The notes under the pieces were generated by a model. The model did not search any database, was not told the DNA's origin, and worked only from the letters and a program-made list of their open reading frames with translations. Position numbers and translations under genes: made by a program. Positions 1 to 12,480 of a stretch of 64,000 nucleotides of DNA are shown in pieces. The DNA is from Styela clava (lineage: Eukaryota). The stretch is taken from NCBI RefSeq assembly GCF_964204865.1, contig NC_135262.1:12152001-12216000 (forward strand), read 5' to 3'. Numbering within the stretch: the stretch's first letter is position 1; each line of letters begins with the position of its first letter.

Positions 1-1194
1 TTTGGTATAAACAAAATTTTTATTTTATACTCTATATGTAAAATCTGTGACACTGTATAAGAACCGTGTACATTGAATAACTAATAATTGATAATTTTAA
101 TGTTTACAGATTTATATTAGCAAACGAAAACAAGAAAAATATTCAAAAAACACAATATTTCCATTTTGGAAGTAGGCCTATTCTCAATTTCTGACTGCAA
201 TGGATGTTTCAGTTGTGTTCGAAAATAATTTTTATCGAAACTAAGAAATATCAATCCATTCGATGTTGGATTTGATGGAGTCATTCAATCGATTGAATTT
301 ATATAGCTTGTAGTCCTAATTCAGACGTTCCAATGCATGATTTTAAGGTCGGTTGTACCCTTCGGGTTCCGTAGGGACTCTAAAATATGAGCCCTCTTAC
401 GAGTTTTCCCAATATGGATTTGCAGCATGTCTCGTTATCCTAATCTTAAACAATCGATGGCTGAGAAGTGATCTTGTTGCGTGTGAGTATTATAATGTTA
501 CTTTGGCATCACATTTAGCTATAAATTGTCCATAACAGACGTTTTATTCACTCAGAGCCTTTTTGTAAATGGTATTTGGTACCAGTATTTCTGCGGTATG
601 GAGTGATGTATGTATCAACTTATTTGTCTTGTTTCAAATGCACGTCAGCTACGCAAATAAAGCACGACCTGTGATTTGGCTGTACAATCAATTTGTTATG
701 CCTCCTCTACGCCAGCGTTCGTTATACCTATTTGTTGTTTTAGCGCGTCTAAAGTTAGTTAACTCCACTTGACAATAGTTGAACCACTCCGCCGTTGTCC
801 AATGTCAAGCGAGTGTCTAGCTAGGCAATTAGCTTTTACGTTAGTTAGAATTGCCGAATATTCCCTTAAACTGCTATAGGGCAACTGGCAACATTCTGAA
901 TTTCTTCAATCCGTGTGTTGCCAAATGATGTATTACGTATTCTTCAGGGCCGGATTTACCAATAAACGAGTGCATAACACCTATGCCCAATCACCCACGT
1001 TCAGTTTTAAACTATCATTAATCTTATCCGTTTTTTAAATTTAAAATCTTGTTCCATAATTTCGTTTCAAATTTTTTAAGCTTCAATTTTGTTTCGTTTT
1101 TTAATCAAGTTAATCCTGATTGGTCCAAATGTTCACTTTTAAAAAGTTGATAAATTAAATACAGCCGATTAAATAAATTTGAAACACTCTACAC

Positions 1195-2309
1195 CAGTGG
1201 TTCTCAACCTTTTCCAGTTCGCGGAACGGTAAAACTTCAAAATAAATTTTGCGGATCGTCGGACCTTCAAAATTAACTAAAAATGTCATGAACACAAAAC
1301 ATAATCAAAAGAATGCAATTACGATAAAGGTATAGGCGGTGCAAAATAAGACAATCCAATTTAATGAGAAATTGGCTGTTGTCTTTTTGATATTAAACGT
1401 GTTAAAACGCGGTTCTAATGAAGTTTCTGCAAGGCGAAGTAGAGGGCTGACTTTCACACGATTTCTGTGTTTGGTCTTGATGACAGTTAACGTTGAAAAT
1501 CTTTTCTCACAAAGGTAAGTTGTACAAAAAATCATCAGTAATGTAATGGCTCTGTCACTGAGTTCGGAATGTTCGTTATCAAGAGATATCCAAAACTGTG
1601 AAAATGGCAACTCTTCATGCTTATACATCAACGTGGTATCGCAGGAACTCTTAATTAATCATCGATTCTTTCTCAACAGTGTTAAAATTGCAAGAATTAA
1701 TATCTTTTGCAAATAAAACAACAATCCAAAAGTTTCCCTGACGAGGATCCGCATTTTCTGGAAAGTATTTTCCAAAATTGATGCTTAGATCTTTTAGGTG
1801 TTGACTTGTAACAGCAAACAGCTTGACGTCATGTAAACATGAAAATATGTCGAGATCGCATTTCTGTGCATTGTTGTTCCAAAACACCAGTTTGTCTTTG
1901 AAAGCATCGGTTTTGCTACGCAATGTAAATATGTTGATGTGATTGCCTTGCAGCAAACTGTTAAGGTCGTGCAAGCGGCGGAATATGTCCGATAAGTATG
2001 CAAGCTTCGCTGTCCACATCTCATCGAATAAGAGCTTTTTTATTCAGTTGATAATTTCTTCCACGTAAAATCCGTTATGAGGTCATAGACTTAACGAACA
2101 TCCATCCAGGTCTTGACATTGGCAGAGGACGTCTCACCAAGTGTAGTTGTTAGGCGAATATCGATACTTCGAATCAATAAGAGTTAAAAAATCACAAAAC
2201 TAATGATATTTTGCAATTTGCGTATAAATATATTAATATTGGAATATATTTGGCGAACCGGCAGCAAGGTTGCTGTGGACCGGCACCGGTCGGTGGTTGA
2301 GAACCGCTG
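1195..2309 (-). mobile_element. Internally deleted hAT (Buster/Charlie-like) transposon with frameshifted transposase C-terminus
   Basis: TIRs CAGTGGTTCTCAACC (1195) / GGTTGAGAACCGCTG (ends 2309). Minus-strand ORFs 1651-2019 (WTAKLAYLSDIF..LNSLLQG) and 1305-1631 (FCTTYLCEKRFSTLTVIKTKHRNR) match the hAT Buster dimerisation region but are in different frames. Confidence 0.9.
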
Positions 2310-2321
2310 CAGAGTCTACAC

Positions 2322-2799
2322 CAGGGTGGTACAAACCCAGGCCCGCGGGCCACATGTGGCCCGCCGTTCTATTATCTGTGGCCCGCGTCACATTCGGAGA
2401 GTAATCAAAAAATCCTATTTCGTGTTCTTTCATAATAAAATTAATCAGAAAAATCTTTTGATATATTGTTACATCACTACTGTCATTGAATGGACTAATG
2501 TTATGGCTAGTTCGGGCAACTAGCGAAGTTGAATGATGCGCTTGGCAGTATAATTCATTATCTGGCTTTCTATCTTTTTGGTCGGGAATATATGCTTACA
2601 ATATAGGCACCATAGAAACTAAAAATCGAATGCGGATTTCTATTAGCCTGGGATGGCTATGTCTGATAAGTATGTGTATGCACAATAAAAGGGTTTGTTT
2701 TGTATTGGACTGTTTACCTATTCTTGGAACTATTGTGGCCCGCGAACAATGCAAAAAAATATTTGTGGCCCGCGGAGCCGACAACATTGGACCACCCTG
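2322..2799. mobile_element. hAT MITE
   Basis: TIRs CAGGGTGGTACAA / TTGGACCACCCTG; perfect 8-bp TSD GTCTACAC (2314-2321, 2800-2807); subterminal GGCCCGC repeats. Confidence 0.9.
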
Positions 2800-3320
2800 G
2801 TCTACACTATTTGAACTTTAAAAAATTAAGATACCCTTTAACGTATTCGAACAGTTTTCATCGTTCTATTAGCCTTTAATATTTGAAAAATATAAGAAAA
2901 TAACAACTATGTAAATTTTCCTATCGTAGACCTGTTTATTTTAAGAAATGGAATGATAATTTTATTCATCAGTGATGTTTTATTTTTAGTAATTGGACAA
3001 TGCCCTAATCGTGACTAGAAATAAGTATTAATATGTCACGTTTTCTGGCGCCGTTACGTTGTAATACAGCCTTTTGTTTCTCGAACTTATCCATTGTACT
3101 TGCGCGATTAGAACACGTATCTTGCCTGTGACTAAAATTTCGTTGTTTACGCAAATTTTTGAAAATTCTGATTATGATGAATTTATGATGTCATAATATA
3201 TTTACGATACTGATATCATAAATTTAAATTTTACAAATTGTGTATAGGATTTAGATCATGGTTGTTGAATGTAGTTAGCTCACGGCTGCGTCACTACGCT
3301 TGAGTGGTAATAGGCTACGT

Positions 3321-4646
3321 CAGGGGTGTGCAACCTTTAATACAGGAGGGCCAGATACAAGTAACTGGGTGAATCCGCGGACCGCATCTAGAAACTCTAC
3401 CTACGAAAGGCTCTGGATACGAAAATATTGCTCCGGCTAACGTAAGATTTTTTACATACGAAAGGCCGAAAACCTAAATTTGTTTATTTTAGGTTAATTT
3501 TATGCAGTGCTTGAAGAATGGTTGTCCTATTCCGATATCGCAACCTTCGAATATCGTTTTTCGTGTTTATAAGAATGCCCAAAAGGGGGACATATCCTAT
3601 AATCCTAGCGCCGCCGTCCACGTTTTGATTTAAAATATTTTACAATTATTTTATTTTTTATCGTAATCGAAGGCAGCCATGTGCGGTGCGGCAATAAATT
3701 ATCCCCTGCCCGTTTGTTACCCGCGGGTACGTACAACGTGTTGCTAGCGAAATTCAGTGAGAAGGCGATGATACGCGCGTAACAGTTAAGACAAAAAAAT
3801 GGAAAAAAAAATATTGAATTTTATGTGTGTGTGTGCTCATTTTCGTACATTATGTACTCTCTTAGCTGTCAACTTTTGCTGCCTCTTCCCACCACCTCCG
3901 ACCACCGTCCTCTTACTGTCCGCGGTCTTCGTTTAGCCTAGTCGGCCAACGCCAAAGGTAAACAAACGGTTCGTAGTTTTTATTCGGTATTTCTCTGTTC
4001 TTTCTTCTTTCCATGTGTGCCTTTTTTGTTGATTATGCAGTAAATCTAATTTTAACATGAATTTTTTACGTGTTTTAACCATTATTGTAATTTATACAAA
4101 TATTATGTTTAGTTCTGTGGAGGCTTAGAATGGATTATGGCATTTACAGGTAAAATGCGTCCCTACTTACGGAATTTTCTACCTACGAAGGTTATTCCGG
4201 AACTAATTAATTTTGTAGCTAGAGTTTCTACTGTAGTTGCAAGCACAAAAAATTGTTTCTTTTCGTTATTGATCTTATTGTTAGGGGTCCTTGCAGAACT
4301 GTTGAGTTAATACGAGAAAATAAAGAAAATTCGTGTGCAGCAAGACTCTTGAATTTAATAATATAAAGAAAACTGCTATTCAAACTGATTGTCACACCGA
4401 CTTTAAACGAATTCGCTGAGAAATACGTTTTTATAAGATTGTGTATATTGCAAAAGGATTTTGCTTGCTAGTTTTGCTAATATGACAATGGCACGTAGGT
4501 ACTGGTAAAAGCTTTGTGACGCAAAGAGATTGTAATTGCTCGCGTGTACCAGAATAACTAAGCAAAAAAATTCGCACCATTCAAAATTCGCACTTCTCCG
4601 CGGGCCGCACAAATTTTATTTACGGGCCGCAGTTTGCACACCCCTG
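3321..4646. mobile_element. hAT non-autonomous element
   Basis: TIRs CAGGGGTGTGCAA / TTGCACACCCCTG; perfect 8-bp TSD GGCTACGT (3313-3320, 4647-4654). Confidence 0.9.
3385..4233. mobile_element. Tc1/pogo (Tigger-like) MITE nested in the hAT element
   Basis: Right end GTAGCTAGAGTTTCTACTG followed by TA; degenerate left end TAGAAACTCTACCTACGAA; internal TACGAA repeats. Confidence 0.6.
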
Positions 4647-5589
4647 GGCTACGTCATCGTTTTGCTATGTGTCGAATCTTGGGAAAGCAAATTCGGTTTG
4701 TTATTTTTGTGTTCATACTATTTTATAAACACAAACAACTAGAAAAATGTCATGAGCATTCACATGCTCGTTTGAGCAATCCTGACCGAACTCGCACATC
4801 TATTTTAAGATATAACAGGGTAATAGCCTAACAGGGTACCACTGGCGTCAGTCAGTGATGCCTGCGTTTCTACAAAAAAAATATATCTTAGCGGATCCCT
4901 ATCACGCCAGCTAAATATTTAACTTGTTATCAATATTAACGTGTTTCCATATAAAATGGAAAGTATTTTCCACCTTTCAAATATGCTTTCGAACATTCCT
5001 GCTTCGGTCGAAAAATACCACAACCCTATAGTATCAAATAGTTATGGTGAGTGAGAATTGAATTCGAACTCTTTCATGTTGGAATATTCTTCATTATGTA
5101 AACAATTGTGTTTACTTATAGGATAACCGAAAATTAATTGGAACTTTTCCGGTCTAGAGAAGAGACTATAAATTTGCTGTCGAATAGAAGACCAATATAA
5201 ACACCTATCGCAATTGAAAGTTGTGGCGAAATCCTGTGATTTTTGATTTTTTTGTGATTCGAATATTTTCAATTTTGTGCAATTGAATTTATTTGAAAAT
5301 TATTCAAATTGTTTTGAACTGTCACGGTACCGAGAGCATAGTTTTAAATTTATTTAAAAATAAGAGAAAAACATGGAAACTTATCGCAATTAAAAAAAAT
5401 GCGGTGACATCCTGCTAACTTTTTGAGGCCAGTGCGTGACTAGCCCACAATTTTCTTGTTGTGGGAGATGATTTTTTCGACGTTTATTCGCTCCTTACGA
5501 TCGGGACATGGCCAGGTACAAGAAGTCGCTGATATCTAACGATATCTTTTCCCATGGCTTACTTCGTTGACGACGTCATCCGAGCTATG

Positions 5590-7130
5590 CAACATTTGCA
5601 CAGACAGACTTATCAACTCGCATATAAATTGCACCCATGGGCGTTTAAATCCATGTACAATTGCACTCACGGGCATTTGCACCCATGGGCGTTGTATTTA
5701 TGGTCATTTGCAACTTTGCATTCTCATCCACCGTTTGAAGCATTAGGCATTTGCACTCACGAACATTTCACCCACGGCTCACGTAGCGTTTGAACCAATA
5801 GACATTTGCACTAACGTACTATTACACCCAAGAAAATTGCACACCTGAACATCTGTACATACGAATTTCGCACCCATGGATATTTACACCAAGGACATAT
5901 ATATGCACAAGTGTAATAATAACTAACTGAAATAGATATATAAACTTGTCGAACGCAACTAAGATTGTACATACAATTTGTAAGCGGTTATAAATGTATA
6001 TAAACATTTATATACATATATATATATATATAAATATTTGTTGGAAAAATTTTGTCGGAAACACAAATATTAGTGGGTTGAACATGTCCGTGAATGCAAA
6101 TGCACGTCGGTGCAACTGTCTATGAGTGCAAATGTTCGTGGATGCAAATGTACGTCAGCGCAACTGTCTACGGGTGGAAATGTCCGTGTGTGCAAATGTT
6201 CGTGGATGCAAATGCACGTCGGTACAACTGTCTACGGGTGCAAATATCCGTGTGTGCAAATGTTCGTGGATGCAAGGGTACGTCGGTGCAACTGTCTACG
6301 GGTGTAAATGTCCGTGTGTGCAAATGTTCGTGGATGCAAAGGTACGTCGGTGCAACTGTCTACGGGTGCTAATGTCCGTGTGTGCAAATGTTCGTGAATG
6401 CAAATGCACGTCGGTGCAAATGTCCGTTTGTGCAAATGTTCGTGGATGCAAAGGTAAGTCGGTGCAACTGTCTACGGGTGTAAATGTCCGTGTGTGCAAA
6501 TGTTCGTGGATGCAAAGGTACGTCGGTGCAACTGTCTACGGGTGCAAATGTTTGTCAATGCAAAGGTACGTCGGTGCAACTGTCTACGGGTGCAAATGTC
6601 CGTGTGTGCAAATTTTGTAGATGCAAAGGTACGTCGGTGCAACTGTCTACGGGTGCTAATGTCCGTGTGTGCAAATGTTCGTGAATGCAAATGCACGTCG
6701 GTGCAATTGTCTACGGGTGCAAATGTCCGTGGATGCAAAAGTACGTCGGCGCAACTGTCTACGGGTGCAAATGTTCGTGGATGCAAAAGTACGTCGGCGC
6801 AACTGTCTACGGGTGCAAATGTTCGTGGATGCAGAAGTACGTTGGCGCAACTGTCTACGGGTGCAAATGTCCGTGTGCAAATGTTCGTGAATGCAAATGC
6901 ACGTCGGTGCAATTGTCTACGGGTGCAAATGTCCGTGGATGCAAAAGTACGTCGGCGCAACTGTCTACGGGTGCAAATGTTCGTGGATGCAAAAGTACGT
7001 CGGCGCAACTGTCTACGGGTGCAAATGTTCGTGGATGCAGAAGTACGTTGGCGCAACTGTCTACGGGTGCAAATGTCCGTGTGCAAACGTTCGTGGATGC
7101 AAAGGTACGTCGGCGCAAAGGTTCCCGAAT
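5590..7130. repeat. Foldback/MULE-like element with expanded subterminal minisatellite
   Basis: 6080-7120 is an array of ~16-bp GTGCAAATGT-type monomers grouped into 48/64-bp units. The inverted motif CATTTGCACCCA recurs at 5594-5890, separated by an AT-rich spacer. Outer ends are not resolved. Confidence 0.75.
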
Positions 7131-7738
7131 TTATATGCTAGTGCTAAAATCTATCGGTGTAAATATATGGGTACGATATCTGTGTTGGGTGCAAAATTAT
7201 GCAGGTGGAAATACCCTGGGTGTAGAATATGGGTGGAAATATACGAACTATAGTTTAGGGACCCATATCCAACACCGGAATTTAAATATTAAAACCATAA
7301 TTTCAAATTGTTATACATATTTATTTAAAGTTCAGTGGTATAAAATAAACAACTTAAAAATAAAATAACTTACACTCATAATAAAAAAAAAACATTCATA
7401 AATTTTCTGTCAACAAAATATATCAGACATTTATGTAAATAAATATGAATGAACTTTAATAACACAAAAATCGATCGCTATAGATTTATCATGATTTCGG
7501 TTCACAGGCGTGACAGCTTAGTTGTATGCGTTTTAGCATCTGTCTTTAGTGATTGTTCACCGATGGCTATTCCTGACCCATTATTCACATGAAGCCCGGG
7601 CGACAAAAAGATGCAATTTTAAGATTCGATATATATCTCTGAACAAACCCAAACTGTTGATCATCGTTGAATTGCACTTCACAATATTAGAGTAAACGGA
7701 ATTTCAGAAAGTTAAAAACTCTCGTATCTTTGGTTCCT

Positions 7739-9352
7739 TCACTTCCAACAGAGTTTTTCACAAAGTTCGCATGAAATATCAACGCGAATTCTCTTCTTGC
7801 CCTTTCCGCGTGTTTTGTTGTGCTTTGATCGTTTTACTGTAAACAATAAAATCAAGAGTTCAATATTGCATATATATTTATGTCGTTATATGGCAAGGTG
7901 TTTTTGCTATGGTACGGCTAAAAGTAATACTACTCCCAACCAACGCAATGTAAATTTACGAATATAATTCAATAGTAACAGAATCTTTACCTCTGTTCAG
8001 TGCAACCTCGCTATTGTCTTCGATGCTCCTTTTGAATATCGTTTGTATTTTGCAACTTGAAAACATTGTTTTGCACGTTTGACGGATACTTGGAGCACAT
8101 GATGCCATTAACTTCTTCAGAAATTTTCTACAAGAAAAAAAAACAAGTATGTTATTGAGTATGTCAATTTCGTGATAAAGTGAAACTATTTTTTACATGC
8201 CTCAACAAAAATTGAAAAACCGAAGATATATAGTTTACTTAGCTTGGTGGGATACTCATGCATTGTTTAATTGTGTTTGTTTTTAGCACTAAGGCTTATG
8301 ACAAGGTCGTGCTCGGGTATTTGATGCCGCGGGGTGATGTGTCAATATGAAAACCGCGAATTCGCGTGAATTTTGGAGGAAAATTAGAATTGTCCCGCTT
8401 CGAGACATCGTGTGGTTAACAAGCCGGAAATTTGATCTACTAATAAATCTGAATCAAAATTAATGGGATTTTGCCAACATTTCATTTATTCGTTTTCTTT
8501 CTGATTTTCCCATGTATGCTGAATTAACATATTGCCACGTTTGGATGATGGATATAACTGTTTTAATGTAAGGTTATCAACCTGTAATTGAATGGTTTCG
8601 ACGTGGATAAGCAATCCCAGCATATTGCTTTCATGTGGTAAAATTAAAGATCATTTATAATCGTGAGAAATTATCAATTTTTTTTAACAGGAAGTACGAT
8701 TTATAAATTAGGTAATTAAATTGTTTAATTGAAAACATTTTCACAAATTATCACACTACCACTTAGACAATTATATTCTATAAATAAAATCGTTTAGAAA
8801 TGTACTAAATTTTAGCTCGGGTTTTTCTGGTTTTCAATGAAATTGCTTCTTTATACTGTAAGTCGTTAGCCAGTAATGAAATCAGTTATTTTTGGCTATC
8901 AAAATAAAATGTTGAATAAAACTTTTCTACCCTCCTCGATCAAAAACAAAACAAGTACATTTTACTTGGAAGTAAAGTACTAGCTAGCAACCAATAAAAT
9001 ACTAATTATTACTAACTAATCGAGCCTATATCGTCGAACAGATGGTTTGTCATCAATTTCACTCAATTGAAAGTTTTTCTTACCTTCGGCGTATTCGTCT
9101 GCTATTCGGGGCATCTCTGTAGGTACTTGGCTCATCTTCAGCTTTAGCATTGGTGTTATCGTCACACTCTTTTTCCTCTGTTTTTATTCTTTCCTTTTCA
9201 GCTGCTATCTGTCGTCTCAAAAGTTTCATTTTTCGTGCCAAAGTTAATCGATTCAACGCAGCTCTTTTGACCGACATTGGCGCAGAAGACACACATGCGA
9301 TGACAACTGCTGTCATTGCAAGTACAGCAATAAAATATGTACTCTTCAACAT
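7739..9352 (-). CDS. Secreted Cys-rich prohormone-like precursor A (167 aa, 3 exons), unknown family
   Basis: Exons 9352-9084, 8127-7991, 7836-7739 with canonical GT-AG introns (phases 2, 1). Product: MLKSTYFIAVLAMTAVVIACVSS-APMSVKRAALNRLTLARKMKLLRRQIAAEKERIKTEEKECDDNTNAKAEDEPSTYRDAPNSRRIRRR-KFLKKLMASCAPSIRQTCKTMFSSCKIQTIFKR-SIEDNSEVALNRVKR-SKHNKTRGKGKKRIRVDISCELCEKLCWK. Structure is corroborated by the paralog at 19644. Confidence 0.9.
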
Positions 9353-9482
9353 TTTTGTTTCAATTCGAATTGTTCTATTTCAAAAACTTTACCACGTGTC
9401 CGTGATTTTTTGCCTTTACAAAAAATTTTTATTTCTGGCGATTGACAAATAAAATATCTGTCAAAATCATCAATACCGTCGC

Positions 9483-9488
9483 TTTATA
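9483..9488 (-). promoter_or_regulatory. TATA box of precursor A
   Basis: TATAAA on the minus strand ~130 bp upstream of the ATG at 9352. Confidence 0.55.
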
Positions 9489-10766
9489 TCGTTGATATGA
9501 GAGAAAATTCACCTTTTTTTCTCGAATCGTGATCACCGTTTGGTTGCATCTTCAATCCTCTCTCAAGTGTGTCAACGTGGTCAAATTTCTCCGTTTATCG
9601 ACGTTTTTGTATGATTAAATGTTCGGGATGTAGGAAGAGCCTTGGGCAAATTTTTGGTGAAAATAGACTACACTGTTGCGAGGTTATATCGATGACTTTA
9701 ATCTGTTATTATTATCAGGAAAAACTGGGGATTTCTCCTGTGGTTTATTTTCAACTTTCGTTACATTTACGTAAGCAACCACTAAATAACAATTTTTACC
9801 TGTCAATCGAAATATAAAAGAACTGCTTGCATTAAATTGTTGTTTTTATGTGCGTTGATACAAAACACAACCAATAATATACTTCGGGCAGACAAGTATA
9901 ATTGCAGGATGTTAAATCACACCATGGGATGAATGCGGGATTTCAAGGGTAGGGCATGTGAAAAAACTTTTACAACATCACGATATCACCACGATAACCT
10001 TTTTCTATGCCGACCGTGTATAAATTATGCTATTCAATCAGTCGAGTTGTTTTCAAATTCGGGCTTGATATAATAATTTTTTGATCAGACTTAAAGAAGT
10101 TAGCCCGTTTACTCTATCCTGCATTGGTAATCAGGAACTCGATGCTTAGGTAGCAAAAGTATTCACTGCGAGAGAATTCTAATATTCATTTTATATTGGT
10201 ATTATGTTGATTTCTGCTTCCACATACGTTGTTTTCGCGTAATACTTAGTCTGCAAATTTCATAAAAGTTGGTCCTCCTCACATACGACTGTTTACGAAA
10301 ACATTATTTCATGCTTGTTTTCACGGATCTATTTATTATATATATATATACACTATCCTAGTTACGGTTATATCATGATTTACAGTGTGCTAACGCACTA
10401 ACATTAATGTGAATAATTGTAGTTTCGAAAAACAGGGCTGGAGAAGATAGTTTGAAGTTGAACAATTCTGTTCAGATCAATTGCATCTACATACCATCAA
10501 ATGACGAGAAACACTCTTTTTCGAAATAACACCTGGTAGTACCCAGTAAATGGTTTCGTATTCCATATAATTATGAAATTTTAACCTCCACATTATGCGG
10601 CAGCAAGTTTTTTGGTGTTACGTGATTTGATGTAGATAGCATGCTCTGGGCGAGAATTGTACCTAACAAATATGTATGGTTTTCTGCTGGATAATATTAC
10701 GTAACCACCTCCTCTGCAAAGCACTGGTTACTATTACCAATAACGTGAGTTAGTCAGGATTCAAAA

Positions 10767-10777
10767 GGGAAATCCCC
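10767..10777. promoter_or_regulatory. NF-kB/Rel-like site
   Basis: GGGAAATCCCC fits GGGRNNYYCC; related sites at 9727-9738 and 12485-12494. Confidence 0.4.
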
Positions 10778-10959
10778 AATATGTAACCACTGTCACTTGA
10801 GAGCGCAATACTAACGCAACGCGACTTTCTCGAGTTTTCAATTGGGAATCTACATGAACGAAATCGGAATGTTGCTTATTAATAATGGGTATTATTACTG
10901 TGCGGATACTTTGTCCAGTAATGTTTGTCACCTGCTGAAACTTCAAAAATTAATATATC

Positions 10960-12480
10960 ACATCTAATACTATAATAACATAGGTTTACTGTGTCATACT
11001 AGGACGGAGAATGATTTTCGAATGACTAACACATGATTGCGGGTTTCACTCTTCGGATTTTGGTAAATTTAGATGCCGCCGTAAAATCAAATAAACTCGG
11101 GGAATTCTTAAGCTGGTTTCGATGTTTCGAAACGTAATGTAGGAATGTATCTAGAAAACAACAGACTCTTTGGATTACCGGATTAAGTTTATGGTATTAG
11201 ACAACAATTTGCTTTTTTCAATTTATCATTTAGAATCACTTCTACTCCATGGGAGTTCAGAGCTGCGTAGAAAAATATCTATGCGTATAGATTGTTAATA
11301 GTATATAATTAACATATTTATTTCATATACAGTATATTTATATGTAATTTAAAATTTTCAATATCGCTTTTCGTGGAATTATGAAGAAATCGTGACATTT
11401 TCAGCAAAACAAATATAGAATTCCACCTCCTAGAAAGCGTTGTGGCTTCATTACTTCGTCGGGATTTATAATGAAGTATAAGTCAAATTGATTTTCAAAC
11501 CAAATTGTGTCATTTTGTGGAGTAATTATATACATTATAAACAGTCTGAAACCCAAGCGACCAATCTAGTTTTTATTGTGGGTTGCCTGTTTCTGTTATT
11601 TTTTCAGTATTTACCGCATTTTATTAATACAAAGTAACCACATTCTCTGCCAGACACTGGTTGAAAATACCATTGCTTTGGTTGGTATACTGCAAGAGAA
11701 GTTGAAATGCATGGCTTCAAAATAGATGGAAGTTGGCCCTATTATTTTCTAGTTACGTTTTAAGATTGTTGCAAAACATTCAAAATTAAATAAGCTCATA
11801 TAAATATATATATGAGCATTTTTTCACATTCGGGAACTAGTTAAACGAAATTGTAATGTTGCTTTTTAAATATTGGTGTTTCACAAATGTTTCCGGGTGA
11901 TGTCTGCCATGCCGTCTGATAAAAAAAAACATTGAAAACTGAATCTATTACAGCATGACATTAGAGGTTTTGATATTATAGGTTCAAATCACTGTCGTGA
12001 CTGATTATTGTGGGTTTCACTTCTATGGATTTTGGTAAAAATTTGATGACTACCACGGAATTAAATAAATCCGGAGAATTTTTTAATATGCTTTCATACT
12101 AAGTTTCGAAAGTATAATTTTACAACCTCTCGACAAGTCTACGTAATTAATTGCATGTTGAAATCTGTAGGTGCGGTTTACATGTCAGCTAAAGAGAAAC
12201 ATATCGTATATAATATAAAACTAAAAAGAAATTTTAATATATACATTGGTATATAATACATGCATATTTATATGTATATACTAATTATTCTCACTTTAAT
12301 TCTTATTGCATTAAGATAAAAATTGTGATATTTTTAGCAAGACAATTAATAGAAACCCGGTGCTATATATAGGTCCTGCGTCGGATTATGTCATCATGAA
12401 AGCGAAGTAAAGTTTTAAGTCAAATATTTGTCGAACACTATAAACATACTGGAATTCAAACAACTAACCTAGTTTTCGAC
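10960..12480. repeat. Old diverged tandem duplication of non-coding DNA (~0.9-1 kb offset)
   Basis: GGGTTTCACT..GGATTTTGGTAAA at ~11041 and ~12012; GTGACATTTTCAGCAA / GTGATATTTTTAGCAA at ~11392 and ~12325; TATAAACA..CTAGTTTT at ~11536 and ~12439. Confidence 0.7.

Noticed and set aside
4840-5434. Possible Transib-like element (CACTGGC..GCCAGTG)
   Set aside because: The TIR match is short and there is no TSD.
6080-7120. CRISPR-like appearance of the repeat array
   Set aside because: No unique spacers, no cas genes, and a eukaryotic context.
6094-7368. Many long Cys/Arg-rich ORFs on both strands
   Set aside because: They are by-products of a stop-poor minisatellite and are open in nearly all frames.
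9080-9352. Single-exon 90-aa ORF here (and the 116-aa ORF at 19590) as complete genes
   Set aside because: Both run into splice donors, and the downstream exons are conserved between the paralogs.
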